DNA of 63,117 bases, counting the filler, from Dicyema japonicum (Eukaryota; Animalia; Dicyemida), in NCBI GenBank assembly GCA_011109175.1. It is 7 parts of 7 records of this genome, joined end to end, with 100 filler letters (N's around TTAATTAATTAA, not from the genome) between each part and the next. Parts side by side here need not be neighbours in the genome. Positions count along the whole stretch, not along the records: positions 47,800 to 56,329 come from RDEW01000255.1; positions 56,430 to 58,761 come from RDEW01000365.1; positions 58,862 to 63,117 come from RDEW01000024.1; 4 more parts are not named here. One strand, written 5' to 3'. The notes under the pieces were generated by a model that was given only the letters and a program-made list of their open reading frames with translations, was not told the origin of the DNA and did not search any database. Below, piece after piece: positions 49,890 through 63,117 of this stretch. Each line of letters opens with the position of its first letter. Position 1 is the first letter of the stretch. A program made the position numbers and the translations under genes.

Positions 49890-50990
49890 AAATTTTAGTT
49901 GAGGAAGCCGGCTGCGTGGATCGCGAACGAGTTCCCTCGGAGTTTGGCTATTCCAATCTTTTGTCTATGGCCATTGCAACCCCGAAATCACGAGAAAGAG
50001 GATAAAAGTTATCGTCTAATTAGTGATCCGGTGTCCATACCAATCCTTTTCCTACGGTTAGTTTTGGAGTCCTGGATTAATCTCCACAGCGGGGAAGGTT
50101 TCTTCTCATATCTCGAGCAGGCGTCCATATATAGTCTGACGTGCGGTCCGAGGGGATGGTCAGGGGACTTTGCCAGCTTGAGAAAGTCCCGGTGACGTTC
50201 CGTAAGGTATTCCATAATTGGAGAGACGTATAGTGTTCTCCGCAGTAACGAGATGGACGATCTCACTAGAATCATGAGACATCGATTTTATAAAACTTCT
50301 AGCTTGCTTTGTGCCGATATTGATAAGAGGGCAATCCATGCAGCACAGGCGTACTCGATACTAGGGTAGAACAAATTGTTCGTATAGATCTTTAACGATG
50401 GGCGGGAAGAAATTGGAGAGTGAGTGAAAGCCTTGAGAATTTTAATTTTCTTTTGGATCCTGTTACTAAGTCCACTTGAGGCGTAAATGTGAGTAGGGGA
50501 TCCAAGATGACTCCAATGATTGAAAGGGTCTTCTTAATTGGTAGCGGGGAGTCATTCAATGTTATTCGTATTGTTGCCAGTAATTCTTTTCGTGCTGAGG
50601 TGAACGTCATTACATGTGACTTTTCTGGTGATATGCTCAGACAATTAATCAGGTACCTAGGACTTATCAAGTTTAGTAGATCTTACACGGACCGTGTCGC
50701 CTCCTCGATTCTTCAATGTTTCACTGCAACCACTAGAATCTAGTGGTGACTAGATCATCCGCATACGATTATAGAATTGTGTTTTTGGTTTAGGGATGAG
50801 AAAATCACTGAGGAGCATGTTGAAGAGCAATGGTGATAACAGTGATCCTTGTGGAACTCCATTTGGAAGGTATCGCGGTTTTAATTTTCGGTTGTTTGCC
50901 ACCACTTGGCTCATTCGACCGTTGATGAAGTTAGCCAACTATGATTTTGAATTTATGGTGGATCGCCGTCATAAAAATTTTTGCTGTAAG
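49890..50990 (-). mobile_element. Jockey-like LINE RT and 3' half
   Basis: GVPQGSLLSPLLFN, YADD, IGVILDPLLTF, EYACAAW. Confidence 0.8.
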
Positions 50991-51059
50991 GTTCTTCGGG
51001 ATACTAAGTTATTATTATTAACTTAAGAACACCAATAGTTAATTTTATTACTAAATTAA

Positions 51060-53065
51060 TTAAGTGATCTCGAAGGTTTCAATCAGAATTCTCATTTTCT
51101 CCTCGTGCGCCTTCTGGATCCAACACAACTTCTCTGTGGGAGGGGTGGTTTCGGGAATAGGAATTGGAGAGGGGTGATGTATACCCTTCTCATAAGACAA
51201 GTCGTGACTGTGTATTGTTGAGAGTTGCACTGCTTGCACAGGGTAGCAAATCCCTTTCCATTTTGTCGGATAAGGTCTTCAAGTGATAAGGGTATTAGTT
51301 TTTCTAGTTTTCCGAGATTACTAATAGTAGTGGCTGTTAAGGCCTAAATGTCCCGGATTCTTTGTTTGTTTGTCCAGGTCAGATTGATTCTCCTGACGTA
51401 CAGGCATAGCTGACAGATGGCTCAATGAATTGTTTGTACAACAATTTCAAAGCTGGGAAAGGAGTTTTAATGTCACCGAAAATAGTTTTGATTATCCCTA
51501 GCTTTCTTGAGCAACTTCCAGAGACAGCGTCGACGTGAGATGAAAAGGACATGTGTGTGTCGAAGGTGATCCCCAAGATTTAAGTTTCTTCGTGAAAGGT
51601 ATTTTTGTCTGGTTGATAAATATATCCACTGTCATTTGTCCAAGTCGGTAAGAGGACGGGTAGCTTGGTGGTTTGTTTTTCTTCAGGATAGGGTGTATCA
51701 GAGATTTCTTCCATATTGACTGAATCTTGTTCTCGTTTATTGAGAGGTTGAAAATTTGTGTTATTGCGGCAGTCGCGGAAGGACCCAGGTGTTTCAGTTC
51801 GAGAATAGAAATGTCATCTGAACTGCAAGATGACGAGTTATTCATTTTCCTGATTACTGAGTGCACCATTGAAGGGTCAAGGAAAGTCATGTTGGGAACA
51901 AACATCCATGTCTTTTGAATATAGTTTATGACTAATATTTACATAGTACTTCATAATGTCATTGGGGTTTGGATATGGCTCTCGATGTCCAATTAAATAT
52001 GGAGAGCACTTCTTGAACCTCCTTATCGATTTCCATAATACAGTGGGGGAAGTATAGTTCGTAGCTTTTCTGAGCAAGGCTTCCCAACGTTCTTTGTTAT
52101 TTTATGATGTTCCGTGTGATTTCTTTGTTCAGTTTTGATATCCTTTCAGCACGTCCACTGATTGTCTTTCGAAATTCTTCACTTATTTCTCATTTGGATT
52201 AGATCTCGCGTTTCAGCATCAATTGGGTGTGATGGACGTTGAGGACGACCCATCGGAATGTATCTTTTGCGAGCTCGGAGTATAATCTCGTTACGGTATT
52301 CGACAGCAGCGTCGATAGATCCGAAGTTCTCTATCCGGAAGGCCTGGAGTGTAGTTCGGTAAAATTGAAGCAGGTCATATTGCCTTTGAGTAGTTCACAT
52401 TGGTTCTCGGAGTGTTCATTAACTTATGTTTTTGTGGATCCTCATGAAGATCAAGTTATGGTCAGTATGTAATCGTGCATAACATCCCATGAAATGAACA
52501 GCCGTAAGAGAAGGAACGGCAAAAAAAATGTTGGTGAAGTAGGGAGTCGCCTCGACTGGAAGGGGTCCTTGTGTATTTCTTGGATTATTGAGAATGATCA
52601 AGTCGTCAAAACTGTCGGATATAAGGGCTCCCCGTTGATCCAGTTGTTGGTCAGCATACCATTGAGAACTCTTCGCATTTAAGTCACCGCCAATTAGCGT
52701 GTTTTCCAACCTGGTGAATCTCTTGATTCAGGACTGTAGCCGCTGGGGCATGATGGTGGAAAGGGTATGTACATATTGACAACTGTCAATCGGAGAGAGG
52801 GTATGCATATTCTCAGAGTTAGTTGTTCCAATGTGTGTCCGGGCGGGAGGGGTCCGGTCGAAAAATATTTCTGGCCATTATATGCTTCCTGGTTAGCGTA
52901 ATAAGGCTTCCTCCCTTTCCATGACCTCTGTCTCGTCTAAAAATAGAGTATCCCGAAAAGTTGGGGGTTGGTCGCCGTAGGTTAAGTTTCGTCTCTTAGA
53001 AAAGAGCTATATCCACTGAGTGTTTTATGAAAAAGCAATTTTGTTCGGATACCATTGATGTTAAT
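51060..53065 (-). mobile_element. Jockey-like LINE with internal deletion (APE, RT N-terminus, 3' part)
   Basis: ININGIRT, NMYIPF, IGGDLNAK, TDHNLI, WKKSLIHPILK..PSSYR, GITFDTHMSF. Confidence 0.8.
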
Positions 53066-53079
53066 TATTAATATTATTA

Positions 53080-53590
53080 TTATAAAGCACAACGTCTTGC
53101 CATTGGAAATGACAAAACCAGTGCAGTACCAAACATTAATCTTTTAGTTAATTTTCTCCACTTTCCACGATCCTGAGCCAAATCCCTCAAGTAATCCATA
53201 TCACCAGCTATAAATAAAAGTGCGGAGTCGGCCAATTCTAAATATAAATCTGATAAATCTGAGTAGAAGTCATCAAATAGAGCCGGATCTTTGTTAATCC
53301 AACCACTGTGAGGTGCGTATACATTGATAATGGAGACAATGTCAGTGCTTGCTTTGGCATTCATAAACTTCATTTGTAGAACTCCGATGCGGTCATTAAC
53401 TGCCCATACTCTGTAGATATGGGGGAGAAATTCCATTTTGATGGCAAAACCCAGTCCATAGTGCCTGTTGACAGTCGGGAGAAAGATCAATTTGAATTTA
53501 CCACATGTTTCTTCGTGGTTATCTTGGATTTTGGTTTCCTGTAGGCAACCGATTGCGACATCGTAATTATGTAGGTCTTGACAGAGGGAG
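53080..53590 (-). mobile_element. RTE-like APE fragment fused to an RTE 3' end
   Basis: GCLQETK, GLGFAI, IINVYAPHS, FIAGD then directly LRDLAQDRGKWRKL. Confidence 0.78.
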
Positions 53591-56500
53591 GTTTAAATGA
53601 ACAAAAGACATATTTATTTAAGTTTTATTAAAATAACATTAAATACCTAACTGTTTTCTTTGCTTCAATAATATTTGTTTTGCACTTGATTACTTAAGAA
53701 ATTTTTTTTGATGATACAAATTTTATTAAGGAAAGAAAAGAGAGTAAACGGTAATATAGCGGCTGCCCTGACTGCGTGGCTATTCCCTCTCAAGATAACG
53801 AGCAAGATTCACTCAAATAACCAGAGCACTCGCGAGGGTCTCCTGTTCGTATAGAGCACTCGCGAGGTCTCCAGAAACGACAACCATCAACCAACACTTC
53901 TTATAAAAATAATTTAATTTTTATTATTTTTTTAAAATTTATCTTAAAATTCTAACAATTATAAGAATATTTCTGTCTCAAGACAACAATTCTTATCCGA
54001 GTTCATCAATTTTGAGCCAGACAGGTCGAACCCCGACATTAGTGCATCCAATTCTGTCATTTAAATTTATGGTTTTTGTTGTCTCCTGAGGCCCTCATCT
54101 CATTTACGTTAGGAGAAGAAAGAAGACATATGCTTCATCATCATTAAACTAAGTAGACATTCCGTCAATAGACGTACATTACCACCACAATTTTCGACTA
54201 ATTAATACATAGGCGACCATAAATAAACGAAAACCAGGATTATATCGATAATAAATATATAATCAATGACATAAATACACGCCTCGAGATGTGGGAGTTT
54301 CTACAGCACTTTCAGATTTATAGAGATAATAAAAAAATTTAGTGATCAATCATATAGACTCTAAGTCCTTTAATTCCAATGATGTTGGGATCAACTGGGG
54401 AAGGAAATGATATTTCGGACTTCTGAATATAGCCTGACGTCTCAGGATTTGAGGTAGAGCACAGACTTTTTACATATCGCTCAAATTCTAATTAAATTAT
54501 GTTGCTAATAGTTAATTAAACCATGTAGCAACATTTTGAGGTTGAAAGGAGACTCATCAAATGGTGTACTGCCATTGATTTGTATGGAAAATCTGGAATC
54601 GGCCTTGCAAGACACATTTGGAAATTCTCTCTGCTGATGATATTAATTAAGGGGGACATCAACAACTACTTAAAGTAACACCAGCTGAATAGGCCACGTT
54701 TTTTTCTTTCTATGAACACCTCAAAACCGAAACCTTTAAGTTAAACTCATTCGAACAGATGAAATGACCGAGGACCTTGGTTTCCTCTTAAGATTTCAAA
54801 TACACCACGAAAAGTAAATATTACCAAGCTAACTGTTGGAATAATCCTGTTTGCCTCTCTTCGTGGATTTTCTAATCACGGAGGCATGATAGAATCTGTT
54901 TTGTCACATTTAAAGAACAGAGCCAAATATGGTAGTAAATGTAGCTATGGAAAACTATGGGAAAATTAATTAGAGGTATGCGTATAACGCTTTCGGAAAA
55001 TAGGATAAAAAGGTCAGTGAAAAAAAATACTGAGTAGTCGTGAAAACCTCGGTGATCTGAGGAGTTATAATAGACTCTTCAAAAGTCAATTTTAAGCAAC
55101 GACTTTTGTTTGACTTGCCAGACTAACCTAGCGAAACATAAAATATTTAACGGCAATATTCTAAATAGATGATGGTTATATTGTTAGTAAAGAACATTAA
55201 ACTCAACCCTCATAAGTTTTGTTTTCACGAAATTTAAAAATTTTCATTGCAAAAATGTAATGTGAATTCATAATCATTACTTATGTTCATTTTGAGTTAA
55301 TGTTGCTGAGAGTGAGACACTTTCCCAGGCCTCTCGTCATTTTCTCTGATGAACTCTACAAATCGAATTTGATTGATCTCAGGTTTATTATTATTAAAAA
55401 CCAAAAATCACCGACAAATTAAAAAAACTACATAGCCTTCAGGTGATTCCGGCCACCTCGAGTAGCCATCTCATTCTTGCTTGGTGTTCTTCCCGGGTTC
55501 CAACGCATTTCCGGATTGGGTGAGGGTTTCTAACTTTTTTGGAGGGTAGTAAAACTCCGGTTTCCTCACTAATTCCTCAAAAGGTGTAGGGTTTAGTGGT
55601 GTCCAAGAAAACCTTTGCAAAGCTTTACTGGCCATTTTTTGGAAGGTATTGATTTTTCTATATTCCTGTTTGATAGGTTGGTTCCCCATGCAGCACACCC
55701 GTAAGTTAGAGACGGTTGAATATACTGCACGTAGAGCGAGTCCAAATTTGAGTTGAAGCACTCATTATATTGTCCTCGATAGCTATTGCGAGACGCAACA
55801 ACGTGTCGATTATTTATTATTTAAAACCACTCCTGCATATGAATATCTAAGGTTAGGCTTGTGGCATTTTTTCTATTCAACTTTCATCCTTTGATTAATC
55901 ATGGTCATCCCCTGTTTTCAATACTCCCAATTTTAGCATAATCTTAATCCTGGAACAGAGGAAACGTGCACGTTAATTAATATTATTTTAAAATATTTAT
56001 TTTTTATAAAAAATTAAAATATTGCATCATTGTTTCATGCAAAGACATTCATCTCCTAATCGAGTCCAACAGTGAAAACAAAATGCCCCAAAAAAATCAT
56101 TTTCACAAATCATATAATCCTCCATCAATTTCTCCCCCCAATACAAACAATTAGATTCCTTGTAATTGGCCTTGATGTTTTTATCCAGTAATTAAAAAAG
56201 CTGACAAAATTTTCATCCTCTATTCTTTGTTTTCGTATTTGAAAATATTTTTGATTGACGTCGATGAAGCCAATAACGAGAATTTAAAAATCGAATTCCA
56301 AAGAAACTCAATCCGTTTAGGAAAAAGTANNNNNNNNNNNNNNNNNNNNNNNNNNNNNNNNNNNNNNNNNNNNTTAATTAATTAANNNNNNNNNNNNNNN
56401 NNNNNNNNNNNNNNNNNNNNNNNNNNNNNTGAAGAATTGGTCGTGCTGCGGATAACTACACATTCCCTCTCAGGATCGTCAGTGAGATCATCTGGAGCAA

Positions 56501-57029
56501 TCATAGCGTCTCCCCTTCTCTTGTGTGCATTTTGAAAGAACCCCTTAAATCTTGTTCAACTGATTAGATTAATAAGTGATGTCTATTATCAATGAGTTTT
56601 TATTTATAGTTTAGTCAAAAAAATTAAGACGTAAAGAATATGAAAATTTTGTAAAGTATGTTGAACGAACAGATAAAATATGACTAAGGTTTTTAAAAAT
56701 CAAAAATAACAAAATCAACAATTAAATTGATTAAAATATTCTGTTGAACATAAGAAACGAATGTTCAATAATGTTTGCCGATATTAGCGGCACTAACAAA
56801 AAATAGTGCTGTGTTGTCGGCTGCAATAAATTCGAGAATGTTTGGATATATTTCAGATATCCACAGCTATCTATGCCAATCATGGGAGTGACAAAATAAT
56901 CGACACCGTAAAGATGACAAAGCATCGAACAATATGGTAACAAACACATAGGTTTAATTTATTTTAATTAAATTAAATTTACAAGTGTAAATTAAATAAA
57001 TTTTTAATTAAAAAATTTTTTAATGACAA

Positions 57030-58761
57030 ATTCTTAAATTGGATCTACGATTCATTCATAAAATACGCTTATTCGAATTAACATTCAAAAATTCTGCTGT
57101 CTATAGCGTCTTCATAACTCGACGGTTTTGTATACTGAATACCTAAGAACAATCGTTTCTCATTTCTACGATATGTGTACAAGTTTAAAAACATAAGTTC
57201 AAACAAATTTTGGCAAGTGTTCTTACAACCAAAATCTCAATCATTTTCTTTTGTTGGAATGTCAAATGACCACAAGATAGTTGTAGATCTTCCGAATCAC
57301 CTAAAAATCCGATCGAGAATGATTAACTAGAAATATCAGTCAAAAAATTCCACCAAAATATAATGTAAAATATTTTTAACAACTCTTGTGTATCCATCGT
57401 GTTAAGTATCATCGTGATATTATTGATTGCATACTTGAATAAATTGTAATCAACATGACCTCGTTGCATTCTGAAAACTCGACATTAAACTTAACTCTCC
57501 CATCACACATCACGTATTCAAGGATACAGTAAGGATTCGAAAGAATTCGAAAGGCCCAGTTTGAGTATCAAATATGTCAAGAATTTGATAAAGGGGTCGA
57601 AGAGTATGACAAAAGTTTAAAAGGGAAGTTAAAAATGTTTTATCTTAATAGAAAAGGAATACAAAAACACTTCACTCCACGATCGAATAACACAAATTGA
57701 GAACTCAGTCAAGTGTGTGAACGATATCAAATCAAATCTTTTTGAGCAGAGAGTAGAACTGCAATTTTAATGATATCCAAGAAACACCAATTTGAGATTG
57801 AGATCCGGAATAAGGAGCAAATGTAAGACCTCGCTGCTGAAACCAGCCGATTGAGAAAATCTGGGGAAGAAATAAGAATCAATAATATCGCGTATTTGTG
57901 GATTTACATAAAAATAAAAATTTTAAGGAATATTTTATTGATTCGTACCAACTCAGAAATTAAAAAATACAAAACTTTTTATTCCCACGGCTTTATTATA
58001 TCGATGAGTTCCACAAATTCAAAAATATCTATAATTGTCAGCAATAATTAATTACTTCGAATTCATCTACATAAACCTCGGCGAGTGGTAAAATTGTGTC
58101 AAAAATAATTCTATACATTAACAAGGACGCGCAAACTTGCGATGAAGTCGGGAAAATTCTTCATATTCAGACTGGTACTTGATAGATATTCTAAACTTTC
58201 AACCATGCAGTAACAAACAAGATTTTGGAGATAATTTTATTATCTTCTGATTCTTTCAATATGCGTATTAGAAACTAGTCGAATTCAAAAAAAAGAAAAC
58301 TACATTTACAAATTTTTCAAATAATGCATGTCCCATCGATGCCTTTTTGCTGTTTATTTGGCTAATTGCCATATCAAGCATATTCACTTTGTTCTCCAAA
58401 TTAATAACCGCGTCAACAGACTCTTCCATTGTTAAATTTACATTCAATGGAGACTGACAATTTATTCCCAGACATTCAAAGAGATTCAAATATTTGAACT
58501 TACGCTTAGAAAGAACCCGTTATGTTAATAAAATATGAATAACGTGACGACTTGCGGTAAAAGACGGCACCCAGAAAGATCAAGACGCAATGGAGACTGA
58601 CAATTTATTCCCAGACATTCAAAGAGATTCAAATATTTGAACTTACGCTTAGAAAGAACCCTTTATGTTAATAAAATATGAATAACGTGACGACTTGCGG
58701 TAAAAGACGGCACCCAGAAAGATCAAGACGTTCTAGATTATTGACAATTGCAAGAAAAGAT
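57030..58761 (-). CDS. Probable multi-exon host gene of unknown function (model not resolved; block 58446-58729 duplicated)
   Basis: Open segments such as 58268..58489 bordered by short GT..AG AT-rich stretches; no transposon motifs. Confidence 0.35.
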
Positions 58762-58861
58762 NNNNNNNNNNNNNNNNNNNNNNNNNNNNNNNNNNNNNNN
58801 NNNNNTTAATTAATTAANNNNNNNNNNNNNNNNNNNNNNNNNNNNNNNNNNNNNNNNNNNN

Positions 58862-59162
58862 TAAAAAAGATAATGAGACGGAAACAACCCTTCTATTAAC
58901 AATTTACTGAGAAGGTTTGAAATTTCATTCGAATAAATTATTGCCTGAAATGACATTAAAGATTACAATTTCCCCTCCTTTAATTTCACAAAAATCTTTG
59001 GCTTCGTAATAATTTACATCTGAAAGAAAAAGACGATAACATATTTCATTATATTCCAAATTAAAATAATAATCAGTTCTGAAATGCTCAAGGTATTCAC
59101 TGAAAACTAAAAAATACAAAAATAAAATTACCAGAATTGATTACAGCATAAAGTATCAACAT
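58862..59162 (-). CDS. C-type lectin domain protein, 5' part
   Basis: MLILYAVINS|VFSEY...EICYRLFLSDVNYYEAKDFCEIKGGEI|AIIYSNE matches the CTLD pattern CY....A...C...GG.LA.I.S..E; two micro-introns (second is 22 nt). Confidence 0.7.
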
Positions 59163-60254
59163 TTATGGGTCAAATAATGAGGATAGTATCTATTTTTTGA
59201 AACAATATCTGTTAAAAATTAATCATTATTTTTATTAAAAAAATTAACTAAAATCGTAAAAATTATTATAAAGTTTTTATTGTTGATAAATTAGTCTCCC
59301 AAGATTGATCGAACATCATGACTGGTTCTAAATAACAAAATTCTTCATCTTGTATCCCTCCACGTTTTTAGAATTAGTTAATGAATTTCCACTCTGGAAC
59401 ACTTAGTCGGGCTGATATTATTTCTTGTTTTTCTTACTACCGATTCCTTCCAAATGGAGTCACTTAATCAACTTGCACTTAAGCAATATTTCAACCAATT
59501 CTAAGACACTTATCCTATCATATTCGGATGACCTGATATCGGCTGTAAAGAGACAAAAGAAAAAGGATAAAGACAAAGACGTTCACGAAGAAAGGAAAGC
59601 GTTCGAGCAGATCTTATTGCAAATCCGACTGATGGCAAGCAAATGGATGTGAACATTAGTGGATTGACATAGTTTGAAATTTTAAACCAGGTAAATGAGA
59701 ACCTTCATAAAGTTGATTAAGATGTTCCCCTCATCGGCTAACTAAGTGTTCCTAGACCAATGAAGGGTAGGTCCATCCGACGTGGAAGAGATTCCTGATT
59801 TGCTATCCAGAAGGAAACGCGGTAATCTCGCATCTAGGACGGTTTTTAAGTATTTTTTATGACTTCATAGTAAGGACTGTTAGGCAGAGAGGCTGTCCTC
59901 ACAGTTTTCTGTTATTGTCCAATAAAAACTGATTCCAGTGAGGCCGAAAAAAGTCGCGGTCAATTAATCTTTTAAGATTCTGTATTGCGGAGAGTGTCAG
60001 AAAAAAGGAGCAGCAAATAAACATTAACCACGATTCTTTTGCGTATGTGATAAAATTGGCGATACAAAGCGAATAGGTTTTGAGATAATCTTCAGTATCT
60101 TTATTCATATGAATACCGCAGTCGCTAGACTATCAACGTGTTTTGTGAATATTAGTGTTTGGTCAGGATGCTTGGTGTGGACTCAAAGGGATAAAGACCA
60201 GTTAATTTACTAGTACATCATATATCTTGGTTTTCTTAGAATTCACTCATAATT

Positions 60255-61910
60255 ATTATTATTATTATAAGCAACTATCATAAAATCATAATTGTTATAT
60301 TTCCACACGTTAAAGCGATTTTTGGATCGATCTCGTCCATCCACCCCCTGTTACAACGCAAACTTCTCATAGCATCCAGATCCACCTCACTTACGAGCCT
60401 CCGGTTGATTTCCTTGAGATCCTCATTCAGCATTTTTCAAATCTTTGGTAAGTGGCATAACGCCACCTAAGCCCCCAGATCACATCAGCGGTAGATCTGC
60501 CTGTCCTGAAACAACTGTGGCTCGATGACAGGAATTTATTCACTGGCTTTTGCACACGATCCAGCACCACCAGAGCAAGAACATTTTTTAGGAAATTGAG
60601 TGGGATAACTGGGGCAGGTTTTCCACAGTGCCCGCCCTCTTATTCGGTTTTTAAATTGGTACCAGAATTCCTTTGCCCAACGGAAGAAGGTCGTTAGTTG
60701 CAAACATTTCGTTTAATACTTTGGTCACGATTTTATCCGATTTATCGGCCGTACTTCAGTATCTCAGCACTTATGTCATCCGGTCATGACGAGCGATTGC
60801 ACATCAAACGTTTCAACATGTTCACTGTTTAATTTTCTGAATTTTCTATGTATCCTAGTACGTTCTGACTCTAAAAAGCATTCCTGTCTGTATTCGTCAT
60901 TTTTTAGCGATAGTCAAAGATCCTTCTGTTTTGCAGCAAGTGCGAGAACATCGGGGTGGCCCTGATCGGTATCTCGTACGTTGTGCGAACGCCTACCAAT
61001 GTGTTTGTCTTCAGCCATGTGAATTTTTTCCATTGTATGTATCCAAGTGATTCCCGGTGGAAGGCCTGTCTCGATTGCTTTTGAATAATGTTCCATAGAT
61101 TATCGATAGATTTTTCGAGTGAAGTGTGAAAAACATAATCTCTCGACTAGGTATCCATTCCGTATGTTCTGAGATGGCTTTGTTCCTGAAAGCGACTTGT
61201 AATGTTGAACAGGGCCACGACGATCTTGTGGTCGCTTTCTACGACAGTACCTCCGCATGACATCAAGTCCTGTAATAGTGTTCTATCTTTTTTTCAACAA
61301 AGAATGTAATCAATCTGATTGTAAATCATCACATAGATACCAGATTCATTTCTTCTGCAGCTCGACCAGGAAGTCTTATACCGTGCAGCATGAGCAAAGC
61401 AGTGATACACATGAATAGACTAAATTACCGGCAGTAATTTATCAGCAGAGCCCCCGGCAGGTTCATGATCCATCTTCCGTGTCTTTCGATAGTTGATTCA
61501 TGTTCATGACGTACTCCTGCATTAGCATTCCTGTCTCTGGCAATGAAGACTAGAAAAGACGATTCCAGTTCGGCATATATCCTCCACAGCTGTACGTTGA
61601 AAGCGTCAAGTTCGTCCGAATTTTTGGCGACCCGTCCACTGTGGGGTGCACAAACATTTATAATTGAGATATAAGGCTCCTCAACGTGCGTTTGACCCCA
61701 ACTCGTATTTGCAGTATGCTGAATCTGTCGTTCACACACCAACACCGACGTATCTTACGAACAAATTTCTCGTTCACGGCAAATACCTGTCCATAGTGTT
61801 TTGATGACGTTGGTAGTAAAATGAGTAGTCTCCATCAAGATCGTCCATTCCAGCTTGTACTTTTGTCTTTTGTAGGCATCTCACGTCTCCACAATATCTC
61901 CCCAGATCCG
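60255..61910 (-). mobile_element. Degenerate RTE-like LINE (APE, RT start, 3' end, (TAA)n tail)
   Basis: INVCAPHS, NQIDYIL, ESDHKIV, GILVPI.KPNK..GTVEN, DLDAMRSLRCNRGWM. Confidence 0.75.
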
Positions 61911-61923
61911 AACATAACAGGAT

Positions 61924-62600
61924 TTATTTACACTCCTTGCTGATCCCTTCTTCAAGAGCACGCATGACAATGTTGTTTATAGAAGCGTGGCGGGGTGCTC
62001 TCCCCGCACTTCTTTTGTACGAAAGCGAGAGCAGCACTTTGGCATCGAAGATCCATCCACAACGACATTGGTGTTCGATGAACACATAAACTCTCAGGCG
62101 TTGTGCGATCCCAATCTGAATACAGTCATCGTCAAAAAGGGTCCCAGGGAGGAACACAGGAGTTGATCCAGCCACGCTCCACGCCCATGGTTGGCGGTGG
62201 ATACGATGCATACAAAACGATGCTGGCTGGGCTCAGACTTTAGCATGTCGAAGATATTCTTAAGTAGATTTCATCACACTCTCGTTGGCTCGAAGGATCG
62301 TTCAGCGTATCCAAATTAGTTTCCGCAATTCACGATAAGCTTCGTCGAAGACGTTTTCGCAAGAAAGTCCGATAAGAAAGCGTAGGATATCTTGGACCAA
62401 AAAACATCCACTCGAAAGCGATGACACGTATGCTGAAAAAGTGATCTACAGCGCCGACCTGAGACCCGTTCCTACGAGGCGTGCATGAAGCTTGCATTGA
62501 TTCCAACTAGGCACGTCATAGTGGATGTTTAGAAGCAATTCAGCTGATTTTCTCGATATCCTATCCAGTGACAAGAGGATGTCACAAAAGAACTTTAAAT
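61924..62600 (-). mobile_element. CRE-like C-terminal fragment
   Basis: HQCRCG, KRSAGRAPRHASINNIV, similar to 68-802. Confidence 0.75.
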
Positions 62601-63117
62601 GAACAAAAGAACGTTATGAAACCAAGAACGTTATATTTATTGTCGTATAGCATCAAGTCAGGAGTGATAAGTCATACTTATCATTCCGAAAGAAATGGCT
62701 ACAGGCTATTTTTTGGAGGAATAACGAAATTTTGAATTAAAGAATGGATAAAAGGGTATTTGACAAGGAGTCAGGGTGCATTAGTGAATAGAATAGAGTG
62801 AATTATCGCAGGAGTTAGTTTGAATTATATTATTAGTTAGGGTTAATTAGAGAATGGATTAGGGTGAAATAGAGCATCAGTTGGCTCTATGCATTCATAA
62901 AATTTATTTTATTGACAGAATTCGATGTTCGAATTCTATCTAAATTTACTTTTTTATGTTTAAATTCTTTTTTTATTTTTGATATTAATACATTAAAAAA
63001 TCCTTAATTAAAAGCAATTCAAATTTTATTATACATAATTCAAATATGATTTTTTTAAGTGACAATTGATATGCTTAACACCACACGTAGAAAACATTCT
63101 TTGAAATGCGAGAAGGA

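Overview
Eukaryotic, AT-rich, standard-code DNA, not prokaryotic. The window is seven scaffolds joined by an artificial 100-bp linker (N44-TTAATTAATTAA-N44), so adjacency across linkers is meaningless. Host genes are interrupted by very small GT-AG introns (22-28 nt). They include a complete lariat debranching enzyme DBR1 (four introns, all exactly 22 nt), the 5' part of the DEAH helicase DHX35 (10 introns in about 1.06 kb), a small PPxY membrane protein, a C-type lectin, and a secreted protein that looks like an amidated-peptide precursor. An intronless methyl-end (omega) fatty-acid desaturase stands out against these. Most of the rest is decayed transposons: CRE-like and R4-like RLE non-LTR elements, Jockey/I-like and RTE-like APE LINEs, hAT, Tigger/pogo, and an integrase fragment. 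Animal-like genes with tiny introns suggest a reduced metazoan such as a dicyemid; this is inference only. Most interesting leads: the micro-intron system, a LINE bracketed by LTR-like direct repeats of its own 3' end, a 2A/StopGo-like motif, a candidate sulfakinin/CCK-like peptide precursor, and the intronless desaturase. Transposon boundaries are approximate and intron models were derived by hand.
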